A DNA stretch of 64,000 nucleotides from Euryarchaeota archaeon UBA202 (GCA_002502685.1 DAQA01000013.1:2202-66201), one strand, 5' to 3'. Counted from the first letter of the stretch, positions 48,716 through 57,704 are shown. Translations and numbers: made by a program. Notes: generated by a model from the sequence alone, not told the origin.

Positions 48716-49051
48716 ATGAATATCTTTGTGACCACCTTTGAATCCGTTATTGTCCTTTTGGGAATTGGGTTTCTTGGATTTTGGGTTATACGAAAAAAGC
48801 TTATCCCGGGAAATATCATTGGATTGCTATCTCCTCTTGCTTTGGATATTGCCCTCCCCAGTTTTATTTTTGTAAATATCATACAAAACTTCAACCCCGG
48901 GGAAGCTTCTGACTGGTGGACCCTTCCTCTCTGTGAATGGCAAAATCTAATATTTCTTCAACAGATGCAAATTTTTCCATTGTTTCACCCTTCCATGACA
49001 AACTTGCTTCTCTATAGAAAGGACACGGATGTTATAGGGAAGATATCATGA
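48716..49051 (+). pseudogene. N-terminal fragment of an AEC (auxin-efflux-carrier/Mem_trans) family transporter
   Basis: MNIFVTTFESVIVLLGIGFLGFWVIRKKLIPGNIIGLLSPLALDIALPSFIFVNII matches AEC N-termini. Only ~70 homologous residues are present, then unrelated sequence and a stop, whereas the family is ~300 aa. Confidence 0.5.
48891..48980 (-). pseudogene. N-terminal stub of a ferritin-like/rubrerythrin-family gene, converging on the AEC fragment
   Basis: Hand translation gives MEKFASVEEILDFAIHREEGSTSQKLPRG*. The first ~19 aa resemble the start of ferritin-like proteins (compare 46967: EQLLKIAIKSE). Confidence 0.3.
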
Positions 49052-49155
49052 CAGATTTGTAGTAATGAGTATCCCTATAAATTATTTTTGTGTAACGAAA
49101 CATTTAGATTTATAAGGCCTCTTTCGTTATCGAATAAAAAATAGATAGATGACAC

Positions 49156-49617
49156 ATGATGACCGTTGTGGAAACAATAACCAGATTAAAATTTTATCCC
49201 CATAGATGCACAGGGTGCAGAGAATGTGAACGGGCATGCTCACAGGTGCATTTCAAAACAAAGGAAGGGGGAGACAAATCAGCTCTCCGGATCAAGGAAA
49301 AAAAAGGAATTTATAGTATCCATGTGTGCGACCAGCGGGGTTTATGCTTGGACATGTGCCCGGTGGGGGCATTAACCCGGCGAAAGAATGGTGCTGTCTG
49401 GCTTGACAAGAAAACCTGTATTGGATGTCAAGCATGTGTCGGATTCTGCCCCATTGGAGCCATGAAAAAAGCCAAGGAGAGAATCGAGCCCTTCAAATGT
49501 ATCTCGTGTGGATCCTGTGTCCGTGCATGTCCTGAAGAAGCCCTGGAGCTCATCACGGTACCCCTTGAGGAAAAAAAAGAGATAGTGTATCATGAATTGG
49601 GAGCCAAAAACAAATGA
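49156..49617 (+). CDS. Four-cluster [4Fe-4S] ferredoxin-like electron-transfer subunit (AorA-like)
   Basis: Four Cys motifs: CTGCRECERAC, CDQRGLCLDMCP, CIGCQACVGFCP, CISCGSCVRACP. The stop overlaps the AOR start (ATGA 49614-49617). Confidence 0.8.
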   Translation: MMTVVETITRLKFYPHRCTGCRECERACSQVHFKTKEGGDKSALRIKEKKGIYSIHVCDQRGLCLDMCPVGALTRRKNGAVWLDKKTCIGCQACVGFCPIGAMKKAKERIEPFKCISCGSCVRACPEEALELITVPLEEKKEIVYHELGAKNK

Positions 49618-51938
49618 CAGAAGGACAAATACCGATAAAGGAATATAAAACAGGAAATACCCAGCATACCTGGGATCTAAAAAAATTAAGGGAGACCCAT
49701 AAAATCCTCCATAAATATACCTATCAAAAAAATGAGGTGAAAAGAGGATATACAAATAAAACACTTCAGATTGATATCTCCACCAATACAATACAGGAAA
49801 AACCAGTTACAAAAGAAATGAAGGAGTTATTCACAGGTGGACGTGGATTTGGCCTAAGACTCCTCTGGGATGCCCTCACACCCGCTACACGATGGGACAG
49901 CGAGGACAATGAGATTGTGATCACCACTGGCCCCCTCTGCGGCATTACCCAATATCCCGGATGTGGGAAATCAGTCTGCTTGACTGTCTCTCCCTCCACC
50001 AACATTATCTGTGACAGCAATGTCGGGGGGTTCTTCGGCCCCTATCTTAAATTTGCCGGTTTTGATGCCCTGGAGATACGGGGAAAAGCAAAGGAAGATA
50101 TTGTGATTGTCATCGATGCTGAAAAGGAAGAAATAACCCTAGAAACTGCCCCACTGGAGGAAACCAATGCCCATCTTCTCAACGAACAACTCACCTCTCT
50201 TTATGCAACCGAGGACACGGATAAAGCCCGACAGAAGGTCTCTGTAGTCTCAGCTGGGCAGGGAGCGGAACATAGCTTTTGGGGTTGTTTGAATTTTTCT
50301 TTTTATGACATCAGAAGAAAAGTACCCCGGATCAAACAAGCAGGAAGAGGAGGACTGGGGACCGTATTGAGGAATAAAAGAATTAAGGCAGTAGTGGTAA
50401 AAATTGATAAGTTAGATGGACTATCAAATAATCCCAAGGACCCCCACACACTTGCTCAAGTAGGAATTAAAATACATCGAGAAATCCGAGACCTTGACCG
50501 ATATCAATGCAATATGCGGGCTGTGGGAACAGTCCATCTAGTTGAAATCATGGACGCCTATGATCTCTTACCCTGTGAGAATTACCGGTTTGGAAGTTTC
50601 CCAAAAGCACCCCGGATTCACTCCCCTGAGTTTTACAAACGGTTTACCAAAATCATCCCGGATGGCTGCTGGCACGGTTGCACCCTGGCATGCGCAAAAA
50701 CCGTTGATGGTTTCACCGTAAAAACAGGACCCTATGAAGGCCAAAGGGTTACCGTTGATGGCCCTGAGTATGAGACCGTTGGCTGCGGAGCAAACATGGG
50801 ATTGTGGGACCCGGACTGGATTCTTGAATTTAACTTCTATTGCGACACCTATGGCATGGACACCATCTCCACCGGAACCGCTATAGCTTTCTATATGGAA
50901 ATGTATGAATATGGCATCCTGAACAAGGAACGATGTGATGGTTTAGAGCTTTGTTTTGGAAATGCAGAGGCAGTCATGGAGTTTCTTCATCGTATCGCCC
51001 AAGGAGATTCCGGTGAATTTTTATCCATTGCACCTCGGGGTATACGGCGGGTAAAAGACTGGTTGATTGCAAAAGGCTGGGGTGACCCCCAGCTGATTGA
51101 AGATACCGGTATGGAAAGCAAGGGACTTGAATTCTCAGAATATGTCACCAAGGAATCACTTGCAATGCAAGGAGGATATGGTCTTACCCTCAAGGGACCT
51201 CAACACGATGAAGCATGGCTTATCTTTATGGATATGGTGGACAACGCCATACCAAGCTTTAAGGATAAAGCTGAGGCGTTACATTACTTTCCCATGTGGC
51301 GCACCTGGTTTGGCCTTCATGGCCTATGCAAGTTACCCTGGAATGATATTGAACCGGCTAATAACGTAGAGACAGATGAACCACCTAAGGTTCCTGAGCA
51401 TGTACAAAATTATGTGGAGCTCTTTAATGCCGTTACGGGAAAAAATATTGATAAGGATGACTTAATCCTGCAAAGTGAGCGGTGCTATAATTGGCAGAGA
51501 GCCATGAATGTGTGGATGAGGCGGGGAAGACGACGGGATGATTGGATACCCTATCGCTCCATGGGACCTGTGACTGAAATGGAGTATATATCTCGGAAGG
51601 ACCGGTATGACCAGCAACTTGTTGAAAAATTGGGTCTTACTGAGGAATATGTTGCTGGTTTGACGATAAATAAGAAAATCCAGTTGTTGTATAATTATCG
51701 ACAGGAACAGTATCAAAAATTAGCTGATGCGGTATATTATCGCCGCGGATGGACACCAAATGGTGTCCCAACCATTCAGAAGATGAAAAAGCTAGGGTTT
51801 TCGGACAAAAAGATGTTGAGGATGCTTGAAGAAAAGATAAAAGAGGATGAAAAAGCAGGGTTGAATGTATGGGGTGGAACGTACACCGAGGGTGAACAAC
51901 CCCCTAGTACTGACTTAAACTATTGGTTAAAGTGGTAA
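49614..51938 (+). CDS. Aldehyde:ferredoxin oxidoreductase (AOR) family tungsto/molybdopterin enzyme, long form
   Basis: AOR N-terminal domain (YTNKTLQIDIST...FTGGRGFGLRLLWD), GPEYETVGCGANMG pterin-site block and a Cys cluster DGCWHGCTLAC. 774 aa. Confidence 0.8.
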   Translation: MTEGQIPIKEYKTGNTQHTWDLKKLRETHKILHKYTYQKNEVKRGYTNKTLQIDISTNTIQEKPVTKEMKELFTGGRGFGLRLLWDALTPATRWDSEDNEIVITTGPLCGITQYPGCGKSVCLTVSPSTNIICDSNVGGFFGPYLKFAGFDALEIRGKAKEDIVIVIDAEKEEITLETAPLEETNAHLLNEQLTSLYATEDTDKARQKVSVVSAGQGAEHSFWGCLNFSFYDIRRKVPRIKQAGRGGLGTVLRNKRIKAVVVKIDKLDGLSNNPKDPHTLAQVGIKIHREIRDLDRYQCNMRAVGTVHLVEIMDAYDLLPCENYRFGSFPKAPRIHSPEFYKRFTKIIPDGCWHGCTLACAKTVDGFTVKTGPYEGQRVTVDGPEYETVGCGANMGLWDPDWILEFNFYCDTYGMDTISTGTAIAFYMEMYEYGILNKERCDGLELCFGNAEAVMEFLHRIAQGDSGEFLSIAPRGIRRVKDWLIAKGWGDPQLIEDTGMESKGLEFSEYVTKESLAMQGGYGLTLKGPQHDEAWLIFMDMVDNAIPSFKDKAEALHYFPMWRTWFGLHGLCKLPWNDIEPANNVETDEPPKVPEHVQNYVELFNAVTGKNIDKDDLILQSERCYNWQRAMNVWMRRGRRRDDWIPYRSMGPVTEMEYISRKDRYDQQLVEKLGLTEEYVAGLTINKKIQLLYNYRQEQYQKLADAVYYRRGWTPNGVPTIQKMKKLGFSDKKMLRMLEEKIKEDEKAGLNVWGGTYTEGEQPPSTDLNYWLKW

Positions 51939-51948
51939 CTAGTGTGTT

Positions 51949-52551
51949 ATGAATATACAGGAAAAAAACCGTATTAGAAAAAAGGTACAGGGAGCATGTG
52001 TGGGGATTGCAGGCATAGGTGGCCTGGGATCCAATGCCGCAGTTGCCCTGGCTCGCGCGGGTGTGGGACATTTAGTTCTTGTTGACTTTGATGTTGTAGA
52101 GGAAGATAACCTGGATCGTCAATACTATTTTCATGATCAGATTGGAAAACTAAAAAGTGACGCTCTCACCGAGACGCTGCATCGTATCAATCCATCTCTT
52201 GACTGTATTACCCACCAAGTCAAACTGGAAAGAGGGTCCATGGAGATACCTTTTAAGGATGTAGATGTGGTGCTGGAGGGTTTGGACAATGCAGAAACCA
52301 AGGCTACCTTTATCGAGGAAATACTATTGAAACTTCCAGGAAAACCATTAGTTGCTGCGTCAGGGGTCGCCGGTTACGGAAAACCAGATAGGATCAGTAC
52401 CCTTCAGATGGGGAATTTCTATCTGTGTTACGATGAAAAAGCAAAGTCCAGCGAGGAGGATGTTTTGATTGCGTCCCATGTTGCTCTGATGGCAAACTGG
52501 GAAGCGGATTTGGCGTTACGGATCATTCTGGGAGAGCATCATGACCATTGA
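51949..52551 (+). CDS. ThiF/MoeB-family E1-like adenylyltransferase (short 'ThiF family 2' type)
   Basis: GIAGIGGLGSNAAVALARAGVGHLVLVDFDVVEEDNLDRQ nucleotide-binding motif. 200 aa. Confidence 0.8.
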   Translation: MNIQEKNRIRKKVQGACVGIAGIGGLGSNAAVALARAGVGHLVLVDFDVVEEDNLDRQYYFHDQIGKLKSDALTETLHRINPSLDCITHQVKLERGSMEIPFKDVDVVLEGLDNAETKATFIEEILLKLPGKPLVAASGVAGYGKPDRISTLQMGNFYLCYDEKAKSSEEDVLIASHVALMANWEADLALRIILGEHHDH

Positions 52552-52741
52552 AGTGAATGGGAGAACTGTTGAATGGAAAAATAATGAAACAGTAACCCGG
52601 TTGCTTAAAAGAATTGGATATGTTTTTCCCTTGGTGTTTGTAAAAATAAATGATTCGGTCATCCCCCGTAAAGACTTTCTACATGTCACCATTCCGGACA
52701 AGGCAGTAATTAAGGTAATCCACATGATAAGTGGAGGATAA
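52541..52741 (+). CDS. ThiS/MoaD-family ubiquitin-like sulfur carrier
   Basis: 66 aa ending ...VIHMISGG* (C-terminal Gly-Gly). Overlaps the ThiF-like gene by 11 nt. Confidence 0.8.
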   Translation: MTIEVNGRTVEWKNNETVTRLLKRIGYVFPLVFVKINDSVIPRKDFLHVTIPDKAVIKVIHMISGG

Positions 52742-52788
52742 AAATAAAAAAATAAAAAAAAATAAAGAAAACGTAATCTGTGGATCCA

Positions 52789-54048
52789 CTAGGGAAATAT
52801 GCCCCGTTGTTCCAATGATGCCGCCACTTTTTTCAAAGAAAGCATATAGGCTGCACTGCGAAGACTGGTGGCCTCTTTTTGTCCCATATCCCACACCTCT
52901 TGAAAGCTTTTCAAGATAAGTTTTTTGAGATTAGCATTTACCTCCTTGAGATCCCAAAAGAATGACTGTATACCCTGAACCCATTCAAAATATGAAACGA
53001 TGACACCCCCGCTATTTGCCAGGATGCCAGGGATAACAATAATCTTTTTTTCATTGAGGACACCATCTGCTTTATCAGTAACAGGGCCATTTGCACCCTC
53101 CACAATAAGCTGCGCTTTGATATGATCAACATTGCCAAGCGTAATCTGGTTTTCAAGGGCGGCAGGTATCAAAATATCGGTCTCCAATTCAAGGAGTTCC
53201 TCATTGGTCACAGAGGAGACCTTTTTATCATCATAGTCTTGTAAAAGACAGGGTGGTTTTGTGGAATAGACATGGTTATAGATACGGGGGATATCTAATC
53301 CATCAGGATTATAAATCCCTCCTGAAATATCGGTGATCCCAATAATTTTGCATCCCTTCTCCGCAAGCAATTTGGCAGCTATTGATCCTACATTTCCGAA
53401 TCCCTGGATAACAATGGATGTATCCTTTGGATGCCGGTGTAATTTCTCAAGGGCAGCAAGCGTAGTTAGCATCACGCCGCGCCCTGTTGCCTCAAAACGA
53501 CCCAGTGATCCTCCTAGCTCCAATGACTTACCCGTGACAATATCTAAAACAGTTTGTCCTTTATACATGCTGACCGCATCCATGATCCAGCCCATGGTAT
53601 CCGCAGATGTATTCACATCGGGGGCAGGAATATCTGTTTTGGAGCCAATGATGGGAAGTATTGCCGCGGCATACCTTTTGGTCAATCGCTGTATTTCCCG
53701 TTGGGATAATTGGGCTGGATTACAGGTGATGCCTCCCTTGGCTCCGCCAAAGGGTATATGGGCCACAGCACATTTCAGAGTCATCAGGGTCGCAAGAGCT
53801 TTTATCTCATCAAGAGTCACCAGGGGATGATAACGAATACCCCCCTTACAGGGCCCCCGTGCACTAGAATGCTGGACTCGGTATCCTGTAAAGACCCGGA
53901 TATCGTCTGAATCTGTCACAACGGGAATTGAAACAATGAGTTGCCGTTCTGGTTCCTTTATGACAGATGTTATGCCAGGATCCAAGCCGATTTTTTTTGC
54001 CTCTTGATCTATTTGTGCTAGAACACTTTCATAAAAGCTTCTTACCAT
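52789..54048 (-). CDS. gdhA: Glutamate dehydrogenase
   Basis: GPCKGGIRYHP and PFGGAKGG catalytic motifs, plus the dinucleotide fold VIQGFGNVGS. 419 aa. Confidence 0.9.
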   Translation of the reverse strand: MVRSFYESVLAQIDQEAKKIGLDPGITSVIKEPERQLIVSIPVVTDSDDIRVFTGYRVQHSSARGPCKGGIRYHPLVTLDEIKALATLMTLKCAVAHIPFGGAKGGITCNPAQLSQREIQRLTKRYAAAILPIIGSKTDIPAPDVNTSADTMGWIMDAVSMYKGQTVLDIVTGKSLELGGSLGRFEATGRGVMLTTLAALEKLHRHPKDTSIVIQGFGNVGSIAAKLLAEKGCKIIGITDISGGIYNPDGLDIPRIYNHVYSTKPPCLLQDYDDKKVSSVTNEELLELETDILIPAALENQITLGNVDHIKAQLIVEGANGPVTDKADGVLNEKKIIVIPGILANSGGVIVSYFEWVQGIQSFFWDLKEVNANLKKLILKSFQEVWDMGQKEATSLRSAAYMLSLKKVAASLEQRGIFP

Positions 54049-54185
54049 GGTTACATTCTCCAGTGAAAACTTAATATTTTTGGCAGTGTAGATATTGGAT
54101 TCACAAGGAACAGAAACAGAGATGGCTTGATAATGTTTTTGTTTTATCTACCCTAGATATGCGTGAGGCTCAAGATGCCCGGGAA

Positions 54186-54584
54186 TCATTTATTTTTCTT
54201 TTTTTGTTGGTAATCCTTTATTGCCTCGTGAAGGGCACCTGCTGCCAGATTGGAACAATGCATTTTTTGAGGAGGAAGACCATCAAGTTCACTGGCAACA
54301 TCATTGCGTGTAATCTTTAACGCTTCATCCACATGAAGATCCTTTGCCATTTCAGTCACCATGCTACTGGTTGCAATGGCTGAGCCACAACCAAATGTTT
54401 TAAATTTAATATCAGTGATGTGATCATCCTTAACTGAAATATACATCTCCATGATGTCACCACAGACAGGATTACCCACTTTCCCGTATCCATCAGGATT
54501 TTTTATTTCCCCCACGTTTCGGGGATTGAAAAAATGATCCATTACTTTTTTGCTATAACCAATATTTTGTGCCATACATATCAC
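54186..54584 (-). CDS. iscU: IscU/NifU-like Fe-S cluster scaffold
   Basis: NPRNVGE...GNPVCGDIM...FKTFGCGSAIATSS...MHCSNLA (three scaffold Cys). Confidence 0.85.
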   Translation of the reverse strand: MICMAQNIGYSKKVMDHFFNPRNVGEIKNPDGYGKVGNPVCGDIMEMYISVKDDHITDIKFKTFGCGSAIATSSMVTEMAKDLHVDEALKITRNDVASELDGLPPQKMHCSNLAAGALHEAIKDYQQKKKNK

Positions 54585-55747
54585 TTCTTTTTTTTATAGA
54601 GAGGAGAGAGATCCCTCAATTTTTCCACTGTGTTTGTTACCGCGGTGATAACATGAGGCACTTCCTTGGATGTATTTGATCGCCCAAGGGTGAGAACCAT
54701 TGATCCATGGGCTTCCTCATGTTTTAATCCAATAGCCAAGAGGACATGGGAGGGCTCAAGGGTTCGGGATGAGCATGCTGACCCTGTTGCCACCTGGATG
54801 TTATACATATCAAGAGATAAAAGTATGCTTTCACCCTCGATGTAGCTAAAACGAAAACTGGCATGATGAGGAAGACGCAGCGTGGGATGCCCTGTCAGAA
54901 AAGAGTCATCTATCTTGAGTATGCCATCTATGAGGCTGTCCCGGATATTTTGAAAACGAGGTGTCTCTTTGGCCCTCTCCTTTTTTGCGATCCGTGCAGC
55001 CTCTCCCATCCCTACCAGGGCAAAAATATTTTCACTCCCTGACCTAAGTCCTCTTTCCTGTCCTCCTCCAGGGAGAATTGATTGCAGCTTAATGCCAGGT
55101 TTTACATAGAGAACACCAGCACCAAGAGGGCCATATAGCGCGGATGAGGAAAGAGTTAAAAGATCAATGTTATCTTTTTGAACATCAAGGGGAACATATC
55201 CCCCTGCCGCGACGGCATCGACATGGAGATACAGTCCTTTTTCATGAACAAGTGAACTAATTTCTTTGATGGGCTCAATGGTTCCAATTTCATTATTGGC
55301 ATACATTATAGAAGTGATAAGGGTTTCTTTGGTGACAATGTCCTCTAGTTGTTCAAGGTCAACAAGACCCTGTGAATCAACAGGTATCAATGAAAATCTA
55401 AAACCATTTTTTTGAAGATATTTCATTGGATTGAGCACAGAGATATGTTCTATGGCACTTGCTGCCACCTGTTTTCCCTTGCCAGTATTGCGAAGGGAAC
55501 ATCCCTGAATCGCTAAATTGTTTGACTCTGTGGAACCCCCTGTAAAAATGATTGTGGATTCATTTTCTGCATTAATGAAACCAGCGATTTTTTCCCGGGA
55601 TTCCTCCATTGCTTTTTTTGCTTGAAGGCCTAATGAATGAAGGGATGAAGGATTTCCCACCATGTCCTCTAGATACCACCGGGAAAAATCAAGAACCCGG
55701 GAGTCGATGGGTGTCGCAGAGGCATAATCAAGATAGATGCGTTTCAT
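54581..55747 (-). CDS. iscS: Cysteine desulfurase (IscS/NifS class)
   Basis: IYLDYASATP start, PLP and active-site regions (..HVDAVAA.., SSALYGP, ATGSACSS). ATG 55747 has AGGAGA 8 nt upstream. The track GTG 55777 would overlap the upstream gene. Confidence 0.85.
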   Translation of the reverse strand: MKRIYLDYASATPIDSRVLDFSRWYLEDMVGNPSSLHSLGLQAKKAMEESREKIAGFINAENESTIIFTGGSTESNNLAIQGCSLRNTGKGKQVAASAIEHISVLNPMKYLQKNGFRFSLIPVDSQGLVDLEQLEDIVTKETLITSIMYANNEIGTIEPIKEISSLVHEKGLYLHVDAVAAGGYVPLDVQKDNIDLLTLSSSALYGPLGAGVLYVKPGIKLQSILPGGGQERGLRSGSENIFALVGMGEAARIAKKERAKETPRFQNIRDSLIDGILKIDDSFLTGHPTLRLPHHASFRFSYIEGESILLSLDMYNIQVATGSACSSRTLEPSHVLLAIGLKHEEAHGSMVLTLGRSNTSKEVPHVITAVTNTVEKLRDLSPLYKKKK

Positions 55748-55767
55748 ATTAACTGTCTCCTTTGTCT

Positions 55768-56139
55768 CTAAAACCACATGGTTGCATCAGCGTCAAGGGC
55801 AAGATCATTCAGAGTCCCAGCACCGACAATTTTTACCCCGGGTAAAAGCTGCACCTTTCCAATACCAAGCATCTGTTTGGATGCCTCACAGGCATAAATC
55901 TCAATATTCATCTCTTGTGTCTTTTTAATCATTTCCAATACCGTGGGAAAATTTCCAATTTTAATGTTTTCAGCTGTATTGGGCATCAAGATGTTCAATC
56001 CTCGCCCCAGGTAATAAACACGGGGGATAATATCCATCATTTGTGCTGTTTGCGCTAAAACCAGAGGGGAATATTGCCTGTCGGGTTGATCACTTGTCTG
56101 AACGTATAAAATTGATTTTGTTTGTCTCACTTTCTTCAT
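55768..56139 (-). CDS. DsrE/DsrF-like sulfur-relay family protein
   Basis: 123 aa. ILYVQTSDQPDR..SPLVLAQTA...IEIYACEASKQMLGI..VKIVGAGT fits the DsrE-like fold family. It sits next to the TusA-like and IscS genes. Confidence 0.55.
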   Translation of the reverse strand: MKKVRQTKSILYVQTSDQPDRQYSPLVLAQTAQMMDIIPRVYYLGRGLNILMPNTAENIKIGNFPTVLEMIKKTQEMNIEIYACEASKQMLGIGKVQLLPGVKIVGAGTLNDLALDADATMWF

Positions 56140-56152
56140 ATTCCTGTTTTTC

Positions 56153-56401
56153 TTAATGTATTTTTTTAATATAAAAGATTAATGCATTCCCCTTTTTTTC
56201 AAATTTTATAAGCTGATGACCGGTCCGTTTCACCCACCGTGCAATATCCTCCTCAGCTGCTGGATCATCCGCCTCAACCCTGAGAACCTGTCCTTGTTGA
56301 AGATTCTCCATTGCCTCCTTGGTTAATGCAATGGGCATGGGACAATAGAGCCCTACACAATCAACCTCTGCATCATACCGGTGAGTGTTGCTGATGGATA
56401 T
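56153..56401 (-). CDS. TusA/SirA-like sulfurtransferase (probable non-canonical start upstream of the first ATG)
   Basis: The frame is open from 56419. It encodes ..YDAEVDCVGLYCPMPIALTKEAMENL..GQVLRVEADDPAAEEDIARWVKRTGHQLI. The conserved Cys-Pro-x-Pro lies upstream of the only ATG (56338). AGGGGGA precedes ATA 56401 and ATC 56395. Confidence 0.6.
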   Translation of the reverse strand: MSISNTHRYDAEVDCVGLYCPMPIALTKEAMENLQQGQVLRVEADDPAAEEDIARWVKRTGHQLIKFEKKGNALIFYIKKIH

Positions 56402-56429
56402 CGTCCCCCTATGATAATTTCATTATTTA

Positions 56430-57005
56430 CTAATAGTTTTCTCCCCAGAGTTCATAGTATCCCTGCGGGTGTTGACATGCGGGGCATATCTTTGGGGGCT
56501 CTGTTCCTTCATATACATAGCCACAGTTCCGACATTTCCATTTCATGACTTTGTCACACTTGAACACCTGCCCGGTTGTAATATTACCCAAAAGCTTTCG
56601 ATACCGTTTTTCATGGTATGCCTCCACTTGGGCAATCTCACGAAAACTCCGGGCTATCTCAGAAAATCCTTCCTTTTCCGCTGTGTTTGCAAAGTCAGGA
56701 TAGAGGGTTCCCCATTCCATTTTTTCTCCCTCGGCGGCCTCTTGTAGATTTTCTGTTGTTGCCCCAATGATTCCGGCAGGATATTCTGCAGTAATCTTGG
56801 CTATCCCTCCTTTTAGGTGCTTAAAAAAAACTTTAGCGTGCTCTTTTTCGTTATCCGCTGTTTCCAAAAAGACAGCCGCAATCTGTTCATATCCCTCTTT
56901 TTTTGCTTGTGACGCAAAAAAAGTATAGCGATTCCGTGCTTGTGATTCTCCTGCAAATGCTGCTAAAAGATTTTTCTCGGTCTGTGTTCCTTTTATATCC
57001 TTCAT
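56430..57005 (-). CDS. rbr: Rubrerythrin
   Basis: Diiron four-helix part (ESQARNRY.., EKEHAKVF.., EAYHEKRY) plus a C-terminal rubredoxin-like CRNCG...CPAC. 191 aa. Confidence 0.9.
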   Translation of the reverse strand: MKDIKGTQTEKNLLAAFAGESQARNRYTFFASQAKKEGYEQIAAVFLETADNEKEHAKVFFKHLKGGIAKITAEYPAGIIGATTENLQEAAEGEKMEWGTLYPDFANTAEKEGFSEIARSFREIAQVEAYHEKRYRKLLGNITTGQVFKCDKVMKWKCRNCGYVYEGTEPPKICPACQHPQGYYELWGENY

Positions 57006-57188
57006 GTTGTATCTCTTATATACTGGCTTTTTTCACTTTTTTTTAATCTTGGTTGAAACAATACATGTTATAAAGGGGTAATCATGCATCAATTTCTCCA
57101 ATATTTTTTTGGGATTTCCATGTAGTAAGAACCTTCTATCCCTGTTCATTCTCTTGGCAAAGTTTTAGACAGTACCGGGACAAAATAG

Positions 57189-57704
57189 TTAGTCCTCGGT
57201 GCCAGTGGGAGATGTAAAAGCCCGTTGACCCAACTGCTGGTCAAGCATGAAAATACCCCTTCCTTTCTCCCCTACAAGTTTAAGTTTTTCAACGATGGCG
57301 TCAGCTGAGGATTCTTCTTCAACTTGTTCATCAACAAACCAGCGGAGCATACTCACACTTGCATGATCCTTCTCAGCCAGTGCGAGATCCATAAGATTAT
57401 GTATTAAACTTGTCACTTTTTGCTCATGCTGATAGACATCCTCAAAAGCAGAGAGAGGAGACGACCAGGTAGTTTGAGGTGCATCAATGGACAACATGGT
57501 CACCCGGCCACCTCTTTCTACAAGATAATCATAGAATTTCATGGCATGAACCACCTCTTCCTGTGCTTGAATCTTCATCCAATTAGCAAAACCTGTAAGA
57601 TTGATAGATTCAAAGTATGCCGACATGGAAAGGTATAGGTAGGCGGAATATAATTCAGCATTAATCTGTTCATTAATGGCCTTTTCCATTTTTTTATTAA
57701 TCAT
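57189..57704 (-). CDS. Ferritin (non-heme, Ftn type)
   Basis: [22 protein letters not shown]...[13 protein letters not shown] ferroxidase-centre motifs. ATG 57704 has a GAGGT RBS. The longer track start overlaps the dfx gene. Confidence 0.85.
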   Translation of the reverse strand: MINKKMEKAINEQINAELYSAYLYLSMSAYFESINLTGFANWMKIQAQEEVVHAMKFYDYLVERGGRVTMLSIDAPQTTWSSPLSAFEDVYQHEQKVTSLIHNLMDLALAEKDHASVSMLRWFVDEQVEEESSADAIVEKLKLVGEKGRGIFMLDQQLGQRAFTSPTGTED

